This document shows, in pieces, positions 35,540 through 36,704 of a DNA stretch of 36,704 bases. The notes below the pieces were generated by a model. The model had not been told where the DNA came from, ran no database searches, and worked only from the letters and a program-made list of their open reading frames with translations. This DNA comes from Bdellovibrionota bacterium (GTDB lineage: Bacteria; Bdellovibrionota_C; UBA2361; JBGSMV01), in assembly GCA_044356455.1 (NCBI GenBank), contig JBIKWF010000035.1, forward strand, positions 1 to 36,704, written 5' to 3'. A program made the translations under genes and the position numbers. How positions within the stretch are numbered: the first letter of the stretch is position 1; each line of letters begins with the position of its first letter.

Positions 35540-36054
35540 GAAATCCTAGCGCTGGTGCGACGCTCGTAGAGACTGCTTTTGCGGCGGTCATGACGCTCGC
35601 AATTACAGGCGCTCTTATTGATATTGGGGTTGGCTTGCAGCGCTACGGCACCATTACGGAAGGTGTACTCGTCGCAGCTCGGCGCCTTGCCAACTTACCC
35701 TGCACCTCTGTGCTGCCGTCATCGGGAAGACTGCCTGAGCGCCGTCGCTCCCTCGATGCCTCTGATCCGCTCTCAATGATTAACCAAGTTCGCTCGGTTG
35801 TCGCCTCCGAAACAGGAAACGCGGACAATCTCGTGCGCTTTGAAATTCTTGATTCTGGCTTTGCTTGCGATGAGCCTAAATTTTCTCCCGCACTGAACCA
35901 AACCCAGCACCCCATCTTGCAAGTAAAAGCCTGGGTTAAGCTTCCTTGTCTGTCGTGTCTTTTGTTTGGCGGACTGGAAGTTCCTATCTCGACCAGAATT
36001 CCCGTTGAAGATACGGGTCCATTATGTGGTTATCCGGTAACGATTTGTCCGTAA
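35527..36054 (+). CDS. TadE-like pseudopilin
   Basis: SAG/ATLVE prepilin site, IDIG, AARR. TTG 35527 follows GGAGGG. Confidence 0.72.
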   Translation: MRHIRNPSAGATLVETAFAAVMTLAITGALIDIGVGLQRYGTITEGVLVAARRLANLPCTSVLPSSGRLPERRRSLDASDPLSMINQVRSVVASETGNADNLVRFEILDSGFACDEPKFSPALNQTQHPILQVKAWVKLPCLSCLLFGGLEVPISTRIPVEDTGPLCGYPVTICP

Positions 36055-36064
36055 AGAGTTGTAT

Positions 36065-36704
36065 ATGCGAAAGTCTGAGCGCGGTATTGCAATAGTATGG
36101 CTTCTAGGACTCATCGTCGTCTTCGGGGGACTTGCCGCTCTTACGATAGATATTCTTCGAGTGCAGTCCATCCTGCGCCAAGCGCAAAATGCGGCCGATG
36201 CCGCGGCACTTGCGGGCTCTCGGCAGTTTAATGGAAAAGTCTCAGGCTGGGGAAGTGCAAAGCGAATCACCGTCGAAACTCTCAGAAATCAAAGAATTGG
36301 GGGCGTATCAGGCTCAAGCCTTAACGAACTTACCTTTAACGATGAGAGTGGAATCAAAGATTATTATGAGCTAACCCTTCTTGAACAGGGCGGCGATAGC
36401 TCTGCGGAGCGCTATGTAAGCTCACTTGCTTCCGTAGGTCCCTACCGAATGTATGTCGAACGCGGAGTGTATTGGCAGAATCAATTTAGCTCTCTTGAAG
36501 GCGTCGCTGAAGGGAGCGGTCAGTCCTTGAGTGCACTCGCCAAACCAGTAACTTACTCTGGAATGGCAAACATCGAAGTCGACAGTATTCCAGTTCGTTA
36601 CGATGTGCCCGTGCATTTGCTCGCAAATGCAGTTCGCGTACGAGTCGAAATTAGCGGAATCCAGGCCTTCTTTGGGAAGTTCGTCGGGGTAAGCTCATTC
36701 TCCT
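36065..36704 (+). CDS. TadG-like Flp pilus assembly protein, 3'-truncated
   Basis: Not in the ORF track. Manual translation MRKSERGIAIVWLLGLIVVFGGLAALTIDILRVQSILRQAQNAADAAALAG... is open to the window end. Confidence 0.88.
   Translation, partial: MRKSERGIAIVWLLGLIVVFGGLAALTIDILRVQSILRQAQNAADAAALAGSRQFNGKVSGWGSAKRITVETLRNQRIGGVSGSSLNELTFNDESGIKDYYELTLLEQGGDSSAERYVSSLASVGPYRMYVERGVYWQNQFSSLEGVAEGSGQSLSALAKPVTYSGMANIEVDSIPVRYDVPVHLLANAVRVRVEISGIQAFFGKFVGVSSFS

Overview
Bacterial chromosomal window, mostly core metabolism with scattered small accessory elements. Left to right: a SpoIIM-family membrane gene (truncated at the edge) and two RDD genes (-); GH3 acyl-adenylate ligase, corA, yceI, delta-9 desaturase, LPG-synthase/flippase-like gene, an unknown secreted protein, a GT3 (eukaryote-type) glycogen synthase and an HDOD-like protein (+); a PAS-PAS hybrid histidine kinase (-). 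Then a divergent arginine cluster: argH-typA-[AAA_14/DUF4143 ATPase]-argG (-) versus ACT-domain protein-DUF1611-argC-argF'-argB (+). Then a second desaturase, an orphan flagellin, an ArsR-rhodanese-CoA-disulfide/persulfide reductase operon, an ABC substrate-binding protein, a tiny sigma28-type rod/hook-like gene and tadE/tadE/tadG-like pseudopilins (truncated). The best candidate for an under-described system is the arg cluster. It has no argA/argJ/argR in view, but carries a DUF1611 protein (candidate N-acylglutamate synthase) and an ACT-domain protein with repeated GTCY-N6-RGAC palindromes in the divergent promoter (candidate non-ArgR regulator). Its ArgF' has Thr rather than Glu at the acyl-specificity position. 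Other notable features are a diverged relic of the argG 3' end bracketing the ATPase gene, two 128-bp composite MITEs, a 109-bp CTAG-flanked MITE and a family of 9-nt-periodic REP-like hairpins. No rRNA, tRNA, CRISPR array, transposase or integrase was recognised. Family calls come from motif recognition by eye, not from database searches.
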